A stretch of DNA of 24,671 nucleotides. Source: Opitutia bacterium. Lineage in GTDB: Bacteria; Verrucomicrobiota; Verrucomicrobiia; Opitutales; JANOBW01. The translations under genes were made by a program, and so were the position numbers. The stretch spans positions 1 to 24,671 of the forward strand of contig JANOBW010000183.1 of assembly GCA_031411855.1 (NCBI GenBank), given 5' to 3'. The notes under the pieces were generated by a model that worked only from the letters and a program-made list of their open reading frames with translations, was not told where the DNA came from and did no database searches. The first letter of the stretch is position 1; each line of letters opens with the position of its first letter. Shown here one piece after another: positions 1-8,180 of the stretch.

Positions 1-1232
1 CGCTGTTTGAAAAGGACAACCGCGTGGGCGGGCATTCCCACACCGTGATGGTGGACGAGGGGGCGGAGCAGATCCCGGTGGATACCGGCTTCATGGTTTA
101 CAACGAGGCCACCTACCCGAACCTCATCCGTCTTTTTTCCGAACTGAAAGTGGCGACCAAGCCCACCTCCATGTCGTTCAGCGTCCAGGACTTGGCCCAC
201 AACCTGGAGTTCGCCGGCACCAGCGCGCTCGACGCCGACGGCCGCCCCGGGCCCATCAGCCTCAACGCCCTCTTCGGCCAGCGCCGCAACCTCGCCTCGC
301 CGCGCTTCTGGCGCATGCTGCGCGATGTCCTGCGTTTCAACAAGGAGGCCCTGGAACTGCTCCGCGACGACGCCCCGACCGATGTTTCCCTCGGGGACTA
401 CCTGACCCGCCACGGCTACTCGGCCGCCTTCCGCGACAGCTACCTGATCCCCATGTCGGCCGCCATCTGGTCCACCCCCCACGAGACCATGCTGGAGTTT
501 CCCGCCGCCACCCTGGTCCGTTTTTTCCACAACCACGGACTGCTCGGGGCCAACTCCCACCTGGCCTGGCGCACCGTCGTCAACGGCTCCCGCACCTACC
601 GCGACCGGATCACCGAGCCCTTCCGCGACCGCATCCGCCTGGCCCGGCCCGCCACCCACGTGCGCCGCGAATCAGGCCGGGTCCTTGTCGCCGACGACTC
701 CGGCGAAACCCGCCTCTATGACCGCGTCATCCTGGCCTGCCACGCGGACGAGGCGCTGGGCCTCATGGGAGAACTGGCGCTTCCCCTTGAACGCGAACTG
801 CTTGCACCGTTTCGCTACGAGAAGAACCACGTCGTGCTCCACAGCGACCCCTCCGAGATGCCGCGCCGGCGCCGCGTCTGGACCTCCTGGAACTACCGCC
901 TGGTGCCGCGCCCCGGGCAAAGGCCCCACGCCACCACGGTTTACTGGATGAACCACCTCCAGGGCGTCTCCGACCAGCGTGACTATTTCGTTTCCGTCAA
1001 CCCGCTCCTCCAGCCCAGCCCCGATCTGGTCCACCGCAGCCTCATCTATACCCACCCGACTTTCAACCTCGCCACCCACCGGGTCCAGTCCCGCCTCCCG
1101 GAGCTGAACCGGGAAGGTCCCATCTATTTCTGCGGCAGCTACTTCCGCCATGGCTTCCACGAGGACGCCCTGCTTTCCTCGGTCAACCTGGCCGCCCAGC
1201 TCCTGGGCCGGGATCCGTGGACCACGCGCTGA
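1..1232 (+). CDS. NAD/FAD-dependent oxidoreductase (amine-oxidase-like, COG2907-type), 5'-truncated at window edge; candidate fatty-acid desaturase (UfaD-like)
   Basis: The frame stays open upstream of the listed ATG at 24 back to base 3 (LFEKDNRVGGHSHTV...), so the N-terminus with its dinucleotide-binding motif lies outside the window. A 402-aa ORF is visible and stops at 1230-1232. It sits directly upstream of the DUF1365 and CFA-synthase genes, which is the canonical neighbourhood for this family. Confidence 0.8.
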   Translation, partial: LFEKDNRVGGHSHTVMVDEGAEQIPVDTGFMVYNEATYPNLIRLFSELKVATKPTSMSFSVQDLAHNLEFAGTSALDADGRPGPISLNALFGQRRNLASPRFWRMLRDVLRFNKEALELLRDDAPTDVSLGDYLTRHGYSAAFRDSYLIPMSAAIWSTPHETMLEFPAATLVRFFHNHGLLGANSHLAWRTVVNGSRTYRDRITEPFRDRIRLARPATHVRRESGRVLVADDSGETRLYDRVILACHADEALGLMGELALPLERELLAPFRYEKNHVVLHSDPSEMPRRRRVWTSWNYRLVPRPGQRPHATTVYWMNHLQGVSDQRDYFVSVNPLLQPSPDLVHRSLIYTHPTFNLATHRVQSRLPELNREGPIYFCGSYFRHGFHEDALLSSVNLAAQLLGRDPWTTR

Positions 1233-1246
1233 GGCGTGTTGAAATC

Positions 1247-1359
1247 ATGAGTTATGAAGTATGAGTTATGAAACCATACAGCTCACCACAACCTACCACG
1301 TCCCCTCGCCTCTGCTCCCTTGCCTCGCTTTCATAATTCACAACTCATAATTCATAATT
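1247..1359. repeat. Imperfect inverted repeat whose arms are 4x tandem heptamers (NYATGAR); arms 1247-1273 and 1329-1359, ~55-bp spacer
   Basis: Arm 1 is atgagttatgaagtatgagttatgaaa. The reverse complement of arm 2 is aattatgaattatgagttgtgaattatgaaa, about 22/27 identical. Each arm is a perfect 7-bp periodic array. It lies in the oxidoreductase-DUF1365 intergenic region. Confidence 0.6.
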
Positions 1360-1366
1360 TGTTTCA

Positions 1367-2152
1367 ATGCCTCTCCCCCGCTCCTGCCTCTACGACTGTG
1401 TGGTCCTCCATGACCGGAAGACCCCCAGGAGACACCGTTTTGCCTACCGCCTCTTTGTCTTCAGCCTGGATCTGGACGAGATTCCCGGACTGGCCGGCAG
1501 GCTCGCCCTTTTTTCCCACAACTCCTTCAACCTCTTCGCTTTCCACGACAAGGACTACCTCGGGGACGCGGCCTCGGCCAAGGCCAAGGTCATCAGCCTG
1601 GCGGCAACCAAGGGCTACTCCGGGATAGAGCGCGTCACCCTCGTCACCCACGTCCGCACGGCCGGACATCTCTTCAACCCCGTCTCCTTTTACTTCTGCG
1701 AAAACTCCGCCGGGGAACAGGTCTGCGCCCTCGCGGAGGTGACCAACACCTTCCATGAGCGGAAACTTTTCTGGCTGTCGCCGCCGCCGGGCGACGCACC
1801 CTACCGCGACAGGCAGGCCAAACACTTCTACATCTCCCCTTTCATCGCCCTCGATGCCGAGCTCGACTTCTACCTGCCCGTCCCCGGGGACACCCTCAAC
1901 CTCCACGTCAACGACCGGGAGCCGGCCAGCGGCAAACTCTTCTTCCACAGTTCCCTCCGCGGAAAGAGGATCCCCCTGACCAACCGCTCCCTGCTCTGGG
2001 CCGCCCTGCGTTTCCCCTTCGTCACCCTGGGGATTGTCGCCGGCATCCACTGGCAGGCGCTCAGGCTGTGGTGGAAGAAGACCCCCTGGATCCCCAAGTC
2101 CGCCCGGCCCGAACTTCAGCGCGATCTGTTTTCCCGCCCGCCCGCCGGATGA
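1367..2152 (+). CDS. DUF1365 family protein (candidate O2-dependent furan-ring-forming enzyme, UfaO-like)
   Basis: A 261-aa ORF. The N-terminus (LYDCVVLHDRKTPRRHRFAYRLFVFSLDLDEI) matches the characteristic start of DUF1365 proteins. It sits between the oxidoreductase and the CFA-synthase homologues. Confidence 0.85.
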   Translation: MPLPRSCLYDCVVLHDRKTPRRHRFAYRLFVFSLDLDEIPGLAGRLALFSHNSFNLFAFHDKDYLGDAASAKAKVISLAATKGYSGIERVTLVTHVRTAGHLFNPVSFYFCENSAGEQVCALAEVTNTFHERKLFWLSPPPGDAPYRDRQAKHFYISPFIALDAELDFYLPVPGDTLNLHVNDREPASGKLFFHSSLRGKRIPLTNRSLLWAALRFPFVTLGIVAGIHWQALRLWWKKTPWIPKSARPELQRDLFSRPPAG

Positions 2153-2225
2153 CCCGCCGCCCCGGTGTTTTCCACCGCCCAAACCAGTCCCCTCGCCGCC
2201 CCGATCCACCCCCGCCAATCATACA

Positions 2226-3503
2226 ATGATGTCCTACGCCCGCTCCATCGTTCTCGGTCTCTTCCAGCGTTTCCGCCGGGGCCGCCTGCTGCTTGAACTG
2301 CCCGAGGGCGGGGCCGTCGAGATGGGCGAAGGCGGCGGCCTCTCGGCCCGTATCACCTTGAAATCCAACGATTTCTTTGAACGTGTGTTCCTCCAGGGCG
2401 ATGTCGGGTTCGGCGAGTCCTATGTGGCCGGCGACTGGGAGACCCCCGACCTCGCCGCCGTCATCTCCTGGGCCATCCTCAACAGCGCGGAACTGCCGGA
2501 ATATTCAAAATCCTTCGCCGCCAGGTTCGGGTTCGGGCTGGCCCGTTTCGCCAACCGCCTGGGCCACCTGGCCCGCCGCAACTCCCGTCCCAAGGCGAGG
2601 GAGAACATTGAGGCCCACTACGATCTGGGAAACGATTTCTACCGCCTGTTCCTGGACGAGACGATGACCTACTCCGCCGCCGTGTTTGGCTCGGCGGGTG
2701 AAAGCCTGGCCTCGGCCCAAAGCCGCAAATACGAGCTCCTCTGCCGCAAGATCGGACTCCGGCCCGGCGACCAGGTCCTCGAGATCGGCTGCGGCTGGGG
2801 AGGTTTTGCGGAACACGCCGTGCGCCACCACGGGGTCCACGTCACCGGCCTGACCCTCTCCCCCAGCCAGCTCGACTACGCGAAACGCCGCCTGAAGGCC
2901 GCCGGCCTCTCCGACCGGGCGGAATTCCATCTGCGGGACTACCGCGACGAACCGGGCCGCTACGACAAGGTGGTCTCCATCGAGATGATCGAGGCCGTGG
3001 GCCACGAATTCCTCCCGGAATACTTCCGCAAGATAGACGAGGTCCTCAAACCGAACGGGGTGGCCGGCCTCCAGGCCATCATCTTTCCGGACGCCGGCTA
3101 CGACACGATGCGCAAGAGTGTGGACTGGATCCAGAAACACATCTTCCCGGGCGGCCTTCTTCCCAGCCTGGGCGCGATCAGCGGAGCCCTCCGCTCCGCC
3201 CGCAGCAACCTCTTCCTCCACCACTGCGACACCTTCGGCCAGCACTATGCGAGAACACTCGCCCTCTGGCGCGAACGTTACAACCGGAGGCTTCCCGAGG
3301 CGGAGAAACTCGGCTTTGACGCCACCTTCCACCGCAAGTGGAACTACTACTTCTGCTACTGCGAGGCCGCCTTCCGCATGCGGCACATCAACTTGGCGCA
3401 GCTCGTCCTGGCCCGGCCCCACAACCTTTCTTTTGCCACCGAAACAGAAAATTTCCAAGTCTTGCCCGACTACCAGCCATCAACCATAAGTCATACATCG
3501 TAA
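2226..3503 (+). CDS. Cyclopropane-fatty-acyl-phospholipid synthase family SAM-dependent methyltransferase (copy 1)
   Basis: The ORF 2034-3503 contains a Pro-rich, improbable N-terminal stretch. The real start is most likely ATG-ATG at 2226 (MMSYARSIVLGLF...). It carries the SAM motif VLEIGCGWGGFA and a CFA-synthase-like C-terminal region (HRKWNYYFCYCEAAF). The last ~11 codons run into the heptamer array at 3478-3508. Confidence 0.85.
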   Translation: MMSYARSIVLGLFQRFRRGRLLLELPEGGAVEMGEGGGLSARITLKSNDFFERVFLQGDVGFGESYVAGDWETPDLAAVISWAILNSAELPEYSKSFAARFGFGLARFANRLGHLARRNSRPKARENIEAHYDLGNDFYRLFLDETMTYSAAVFGSAGESLASAQSRKYELLCRKIGLRPGDQVLEIGCGWGGFAEHAVRHHGVHVTGLTLSPSQLDYAKRRLKAAGLSDRAEFHLRDYRDEPGRYDKVVSIEMIEAVGHEFLPEYFRKIDEVLKPNGVAGLQAIIFPDAGYDTMRKSVDWIQKHIFPGGLLPSLGAISGALRSARSNLFLHHCDTFGQHYARTLALWRERYNRRLPEAEKLGFDATFHRKWNYYFCYCEAAFRMRHINLAQLVLARPHNLSFATETENFQVLPDYQPSTISHTS

Positions 3504-3523
3504 ATCATAAATCTCCCATACCT

Positions 3524-4540
3524 ATGCTCCTGACCCTCGCCGAACACGGCCTCCTTCCCGACCCTCTCCTCCGCTGGGGCATCCGCCAGCGTCTGTCCCA
3601 GACCCTGCGCGAGGAAATGAGCCGTCCTCCGGCCGAGCGGAACGCCTTCCTCACCTCCATGCGGGAAGGCCCCATCGCCATCGCGACCGACAAAGCCAAC
3701 GAGCAGCACTACGAGCTCCCTCCGGCCTACTTCCACACCGCCCTTGGTCCGGCCCTCAAATACAGTTCCTGCCACTGGCCGGAAGGTTGCAAACATCTGA
3801 ACGAGGCGGAGTTCGCCACCCTCGAACTGACCGTGGAGCGCGCCGGGATCAGGGACGGCATGAGCATTCTGGAACTGGGCTGCGGGTGGGGCTCCCTCAG
3901 CCTGTTCATGGCCCGGAAGTTTCCCCACTCCCGCATCGTGGCCGTTTCCAATTCCAACCCGCAGCGCGAGTTCATCCAGGGCCGGGCCAAAGTCGAAGGC
4001 CTCTCCCATCTGGAAATCCGCACCTGCGACATGAACCGCTTCGAGCCGGGCGAGACTTTTGACCGCGTGGTGTCGGTCGAGATGTTCGAGCACATGAGAA
4101 ACTACGAGCTGCTGCTCGAGCGGGTCGCCTCCTGGCTGAACCCCGGCGGCAAGGTTTTCGTCCATATCTTCGTCCACCGCGAGCTCACCTACCCCTTTCG
4201 CTCCGATGATCCCGACGAATGGATGGCCCGCCATTTTTTCACCGGCGGCCTCATGCCGCAGTTCGATGTCTTCCAACACTTTCCGAAGCACCTGAAGGTG
4301 GCGGAGTCGTGGAAACTCAACGGCACCCACTACGCCAAGACCCTGGACGCCTGGCTGGCCCGGCACGACGCCGCCAAGGACCAGATCATGCCCCTCTTTG
4401 AGACGGTTTACGGAAGCGATGCCAGGATCTGGTTTCACCGCTGGAGACTGTTCTACCTGGCCTGCAGCGAGCTCTTCGGCTACAACCGGGGGACCGAATG
4501 GTTTGTCGGGCATTACCTGCTGGAGAAGGCGCTTCGCTAA
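3524..4540 (+). CDS. Cyclopropane-fatty-acyl-phospholipid synthase family SAM-dependent methyltransferase (copy 2)
   Basis: The internal ATG at 3524 (MLLTLAEHGLLPDPLLRWGIRQRL...) gives a 338-aa protein. It carries the SAM motif ILELGCGWGSLS and ends ...CSELFGYNRGTEWFVGHYLL. The upstream part of ORF 3338-4540 overlaps copy 1 and looks like non-coding read-through. Confidence 0.85.
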   Translation: MLLTLAEHGLLPDPLLRWGIRQRLSQTLREEMSRPPAERNAFLTSMREGPIAIATDKANEQHYELPPAYFHTALGPALKYSSCHWPEGCKHLNEAEFATLELTVERAGIRDGMSILELGCGWGSLSLFMARKFPHSRIVAVSNSNPQREFIQGRAKVEGLSHLEIRTCDMNRFEPGETFDRVVSVEMFEHMRNYELLLERVASWLNPGGKVFVHIFVHRELTYPFRSDDPDEWMARHFFTGGLMPQFDVFQHFPKHLKVAESWKLNGTHYAKTLDAWLARHDAAKDQIMPLFETVYGSDARIWFHRWRLFYLACSELFGYNRGTEWFVGHYLLEKALR

Positions 4541-4542
4541 AA

Positions 4543-4673
4543 CCCCAAGTCCCAATACCCAAACCCCAAAGAATCAACAAAACCCAAGATCCAAAAGAAC
4601 CTCAAACACCCTCCTTTCCAAGTTTGAAGATTGAAGCTTCTTTGGTGCTTGGGATTGGGGAATTCTTCACACC
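4543..4673. repeat. A/C-rich heptamer array (CCAANNC x4, 4543-4571) with an imperfect inverted G/T-rich partner (4640-4660) and internal ttgaaga/ttgaagc tandem
   Basis: The array reads ccaagtc ccaatac ccaaacc ccaaaga. Downstream, ctttggtgcttgggattgggg has the reverse complement ccccaatcccaagcaccaaag. It lies in the CFA2-DUF1295 intergenic region. Confidence 0.45.
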
Positions 4674-4692
4674 AACAACGTCCAAATCCCCC

Positions 4693-5466
4693 GTGCTCCC
4701 CGTCCTCCTCTCCGCCTGGCTCATCGTGGCCCTCGCCTTCGCCCTTCTCTGGGTCCGGGCCAGGCAGCGCGACCACGCCGCCGTCGTGGATGTGGCCTGG
4801 GCGTTTTCCCTGGGGTTTCTCGGCCTCTTTTACGCGTTCTTCGCCCCGGGACTGGCGGAACGCCGCTGGCTTTGCGCCGCCCTTCTCGGAGCCTGGTCCC
4901 TGCGCCTCGGCGGGCATCTCTGGAAACGCCTCAGCCACGAGCGGGAGGACGGCCGCTATGTCACGCTCAAGGCCGAGTGGGGTCCGGACCCCTGGCCGAA
5001 GTTTTTCCGGTTCTTTCAGTTTCAGGCCCTCTCGACCGTTCTCCTCAGCCTTTCCCTTGTCGCCGTCCTGGCCCAGCCCTCCTCCCGCCTGGGCTGGCTA
5101 GATGCCCTGGGCGCGGTCATCGCCTTCGGGTCCATCGCGGGAGAAGGTCTCGCCGACCGCCAGCTAGCCGTGTTCCGCACCAACCCGGTCAACAAAGGGC
5201 TCACCTGCCGGGCCGGCCTGTGGCGCTACTCCCGGCACCCCAACTACTTCTTCGAGTGGACCCACTGGCTGGCCTACGTGGCGATGTCGGTCGGCTCCCC
5301 TCTCTGGTATCTGTCCCTGCTGAGCCCCGTCTCCCTCCTCTGGCTCATCCTGAAGGTCACCGGCATTCCTCCGACCGAGGCCCAGGCCTTGAAATCCCGC
5401 GGCGAGGATTACCGGAACTACCAAAGGGAAACGAACGCCTTTTTCCCGTGGTTTCCCCGGCGTTGA
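4693..5466 (+). CDS. DUF1295 family integral membrane protein (steroid-5-alpha-reductase / ICMT-like fold)
   Basis: ORF 4498-5466 is hydrophobic and multi-TM from ...VLPVLLSAWLIVALAFALLWVRARQRDHAAVVDVAWAF. The stretch upstream of that is low-complexity and overlaps the heptamer repeat. I chose the in-frame GTG at 4693 as the start; a TTG at ~4645 is also possible. This is the fifth conserved member of the oxidoreductase/DUF1365/CFA cluster. Confidence 0.65.
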   Translation: MLPVLLSAWLIVALAFALLWVRARQRDHAAVVDVAWAFSLGFLGLFYAFFAPGLAERRWLCAALLGAWSLRLGGHLWKRLSHEREDGRYVTLKAEWGPDPWPKFFRFFQFQALSTVLLSLSLVAVLAQPSSRLGWLDALGAVIAFGSIAGEGLADRQLAVFRTNPVNKGLTCRAGLWRYSRHPNYFFEWTHWLAYVAMSVGSPLWYLSLLSPVSLLWLILKVTGIPPTEAQALKSRGEDYRNYQRETNAFFPWFPRR

Positions 5467-5583
5467 CGGGAAGACTCCAATTCCTTCCGACGCCCTTCTC
5501 CGGCAGATTCAGACATCGACAGCAGCACAGGTCTCGGCTGAGTGAAGGGTTCCGCACCACCCGAACCCGAACACTCCTTTCCC

Positions 5584-6327
5584 ATGTCCCAGACTCCCCG
5601 CACCGACGGCCGCCGCGCCGATGAACTCCGCCCGCTCCGCCTTGAGCCCGGCATCGCTCCGCACGCCACCGGCTCCGTCCTGTGCTGCTTTGGCAAAACC
5701 CAGGTGATCTGCGCCGTCACCATTGAGAAAAAGGTGCCCGGCTGGATGATGCAGCAGAAGGTGGCCGGCGGCTGGATCACGGCGGAATACTCACTGCTCC
5801 CCTACTCCACCCACGACCGGAAGCAGCGCGACATCGCCAAGGGCAAACTCGACGGGCGCACCGTTGAGATCCAGCGACTTATCGGGCGCGCCCTGCGGGC
5901 CGTCACCGACCTGTCCAAACTTCCCGGCATGACCCTCTGGATAGACTGCGACGTGCTCCAGGCCGATGGCGGCACCCGCACCGCCTCCATCACCGGAGCC
6001 TATGTCGCCGCGCGCCTCGCGGTCCACAAACTCATGACCGCCGGGGAACTGGCCGAAAATCCCCTGGTGGACACCGTCGCCGCCATCAGCGCCGGCATCT
6101 GGCAGGACCAGCCCATCCTCGATCTCGACTACCCGGAGGATCGCGACGCCTCGGTTGACGCCAACATCGTCGTCACCGGCTCGGGCCGCTTTGTGGAGCT
6201 GCAGGTCGCAGGGGAGGAATCCACCTACGACCACGCTCAGCTCGGTCAGATTATCGCCCTGGGCACCCTGGGAGCCGGGAAACTGGCGGAAGCCCAGAAG
6301 GCCTGCCTGGCCGCCCATGCCGTGTAA
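5584..6327 (+). CDS. rph: Ribonuclease PH
   Basis: MSQTPRTDGRRADELRPLRLEPGI...CDVLQADGGTRTASITGAYVA is the typical RNase PH sequence. I chose the internal ATG at 5584 rather than 5542. It ends with TAA at 6325-6327. Confidence 0.9.
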   Translation: MSQTPRTDGRRADELRPLRLEPGIAPHATGSVLCCFGKTQVICAVTIEKKVPGWMMQQKVAGGWITAEYSLLPYSTHDRKQRDIAKGKLDGRTVEIQRLIGRALRAVTDLSKLPGMTLWIDCDVLQADGGTRTASITGAYVAARLAVHKLMTAGELAENPLVDTVAAISAGIWQDQPILDLDYPEDRDASVDANIVVTGSGRFVELQVAGEESTYDHAQLGQIIALGTLGAGKLAEAQKACLAAHAV

Positions 6328-6339
6328 GGGACACGGCGC

Positions 6340-7335
6340 TCACTCGCCCTTGTTTTTTTCCCTTTCCGGGGCCGGTTCCGGAGGGGCCATGCTCCGCAGG
6401 ATTCTCTCGTTCAGCTCCTTGGCGGGGTCATGGCCGGTGGCCTTGAGCGCGCTCAGCATCGCGGCTGTCTCGACCAGTTGGGCGAGGTCCCGGCCCGGGC
6501 GGACGGGGATGGTCATGTGCGGAATCTCAAAGCCCAGGATCTCGTAGCGTTTCTCGTCCAGGCCGGTCCGGTCCGCCTCAAACTCGCGGCTCCACTCGAC
6601 AAATTCCACCACCAGATCCACGCGTTTCTCCTTCCGGTGGGCGCGGATGCCAAAAAGCTGGATGACATCAATGAAGCCCAGGCCGCGGCATTCGAGATAA
6701 CCCCGGGTCAGCTCGTTGGAAGTGGCCATGACCTCCTTCTCGTTCAGCAGCCGCAGGTAAACCTGGTCGTCGGCCACCAGGCTGTGACCGCGCTCGATCA
6801 GACCCAGGGCGCATTCGCTTTTGCCCATGCCGCTCTTGCCCTTGATGAGCACTCCCACGCCCTTCACATCCACCATGACACCGTGCTCCGTGGTGGACTG
6901 GGCGAAGACGGTCTCGATCAGGATGGTCGCTGTGGTCGTGAAATCCTTGGAACTCAGCGTGCTGCGATACAGCGCGATGTTGTAGTTGTCCGCCACCTCC
7001 AGCATGGCCGGCGTGGGGACGAGGCCGCGGCCGATGACAAAGCAGGGCACCCCTTTTTCCGCGATGGCGTTGAGCACCTCCACCTGCCGCTTGTGCGGCA
7101 TCTGCTTGAGGTAACCCAGCTCGCCCAGGCCGAAAAGCTGGATGCGTTTGAAGGCCAGGTGATCGAGATAACCGGTCAGCGCCAGGGCCGGCCGGTTGAT
7201 GCTCTTCTCGCGGATGAGACGTTTGAGGCCCTTGTCCCCCGCCACCAACTGGGTCTCCAACTGGTTGCCGTAGGTTTCAAAAAAATCCCGGACGGAGACG
7301 CTTTCGACGGTTTTGACGGTTCGTTGTGAGGCCAT
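6340..7335 (-). CDS. hprK: HPr kinase/phosphorylase
   Basis: It has the Walker A motif GKSGMGKSE, LIERGHSLVADD, and the LECRGLGFIDV signature. The internal start MASQRTVKTVESVSV... places the ATG at complement 7333-7335. The upstream 58 codons of ORF 6340-7509 are Ser/Pro/Trp-rich and implausible as protein. Confidence 0.9.
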   Translation of the reverse strand: MASQRTVKTVESVSVRDFFETYGNQLETQLVAGDKGLKRLIREKSINRPALALTGYLDHLAFKRIQLFGLGELGYLKQMPHKRQVEVLNAIAEKGVPCFVIGRGLVPTPAMLEVADNYNIALYRSTLSSKDFTTTATILIETVFAQSTTEHGVMVDVKGVGVLIKGKSGMGKSECALGLIERGHSLVADDQVYLRLLNEKEVMATSNELTRGYLECRGLGFIDVIQLFGIRAHRKEKRVDLVVEFVEWSREFEADRTGLDEKRYEILGFEIPHMTIPVRPGRDLAQLVETAAMLSALKATGHDPAKELNERILRSMAPPEPAPEREKNKGE

Positions 7336-7348
7336 GGGGTGGAAGGGG

Positions 7349-8122
7349 TTAAAGCTTGAAATTGTCGCCGAGATAAAGGCGGCGCGCCTCGGGGTCGGTG
7401 ATGAGGAAATCACTCGTTCCCTCACAGATGACGCGGCCGCCGGCCAGGATGTAGGCGCGGTCCACCACCCCGAGTGTCTCCCGGACCTGGTGGTCGGTGA
7501 TGAGCACACCCAGACCTCGTTTCCGCATGTCCCGGATCATGCCCTGCACCTCCGCCACCGAGATCGGGTCCACCCCGGCGAAAGGTTCGTCCAGGAGCAG
7601 AAACCCCGGCTGCGTGACCAGCGCGCGGGATATTTCCAACCGCCGCTTTTCACCGCCGCTCAGAGTGAAGGCCTTCTGGCGGGCCAGATGGGTGAGATGA
7701 AGCTCCTCCAGGTGCTTTTCAACGCGCTCGCGGCGTTCCTTGGGATTCAGTTTGAGTGTTTCGGCCACCGCCATGAGGTTTTCCCAGACGGTCAGTTTCC
7801 CGAAAACCGAATGCTCCTGGGCCAGGTAACCCAGGCCGGAACGGGCCCGGCGATACATGGGCTTCGGGGTGATGTCCGCCCCGTCGAGCATGACCTGGCC
7901 GCCCGTGGCCGGGACCAGGCCGACAATCATGTAGAAAGTCGTGGTTTTACCGGCACCATTCGGCCCCAGCAGCCCCACCACCTCGCCGGATCTCAGCGAG
8001 ATATCCACCCCGTCCACCACCGTGCGTTTGCCATACACCTTGCGCAAACCACGCGCCTCCAGCACGCGTTGGGAGGAGGCTGATGCCTGCGAAGGTGAGG
8101 ATTCGGCGGCCGGTGTTGTCAT
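7349..8122 (-). CDS. lptB: LPS export ABC transporter ATP-binding protein LptB
   Basis: It has GPNGAGKTTTFYM, LSGGEKRRLEISRAL, LLLDEPFAGVDP, and the C-terminal ...RLYLGDNFKL, which is close to E. coli LptB along its whole length. The start is at internal Met MTTPAAESS... (complement ATG 8120-8122). It ends 13 bp before the hprK start. Confidence 0.88.
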   Translation of the reverse strand: MTTPAAESSPSQASASSQRVLEARGLRKVYGKRTVVDGVDISLRSGEVVGLLGPNGAGKTTTFYMIVGLVPATGGQVMLDGADITPKPMYRRARSGLGYLAQEHSVFGKLTVWENLMAVAETLKLNPKERRERVEKHLEELHLTHLARQKAFTLSGGEKRRLEISRALVTQPGFLLLDEPFAGVDPISVAEVQGMIRDMRKRGLGVLITDHQVRETLGVVDRAYILAGGRVICEGTSDFLITDPEARRLYLGDNFKL

Positions 8123-8180
8123 GTGGGAAAGGAAAAAGGAGAACAGGTTGGGCGGACCGCGCCAAGCTTGGATGCGGAAC

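Noticed and set aside
364-4555. Long minus-strand ORFs (1364-2218, 2505-3458, 3491-4555, 672-1160) and small plus-frame ORFs overlapping the lipid-cluster genes
   Set aside because: They are antisense or alternate-frame to strongly supported genes. Their translations are Gly/Ala/Val/Arg/Pro-rich low-complexity, typical of high-GC DNA, with no recognisable motifs.
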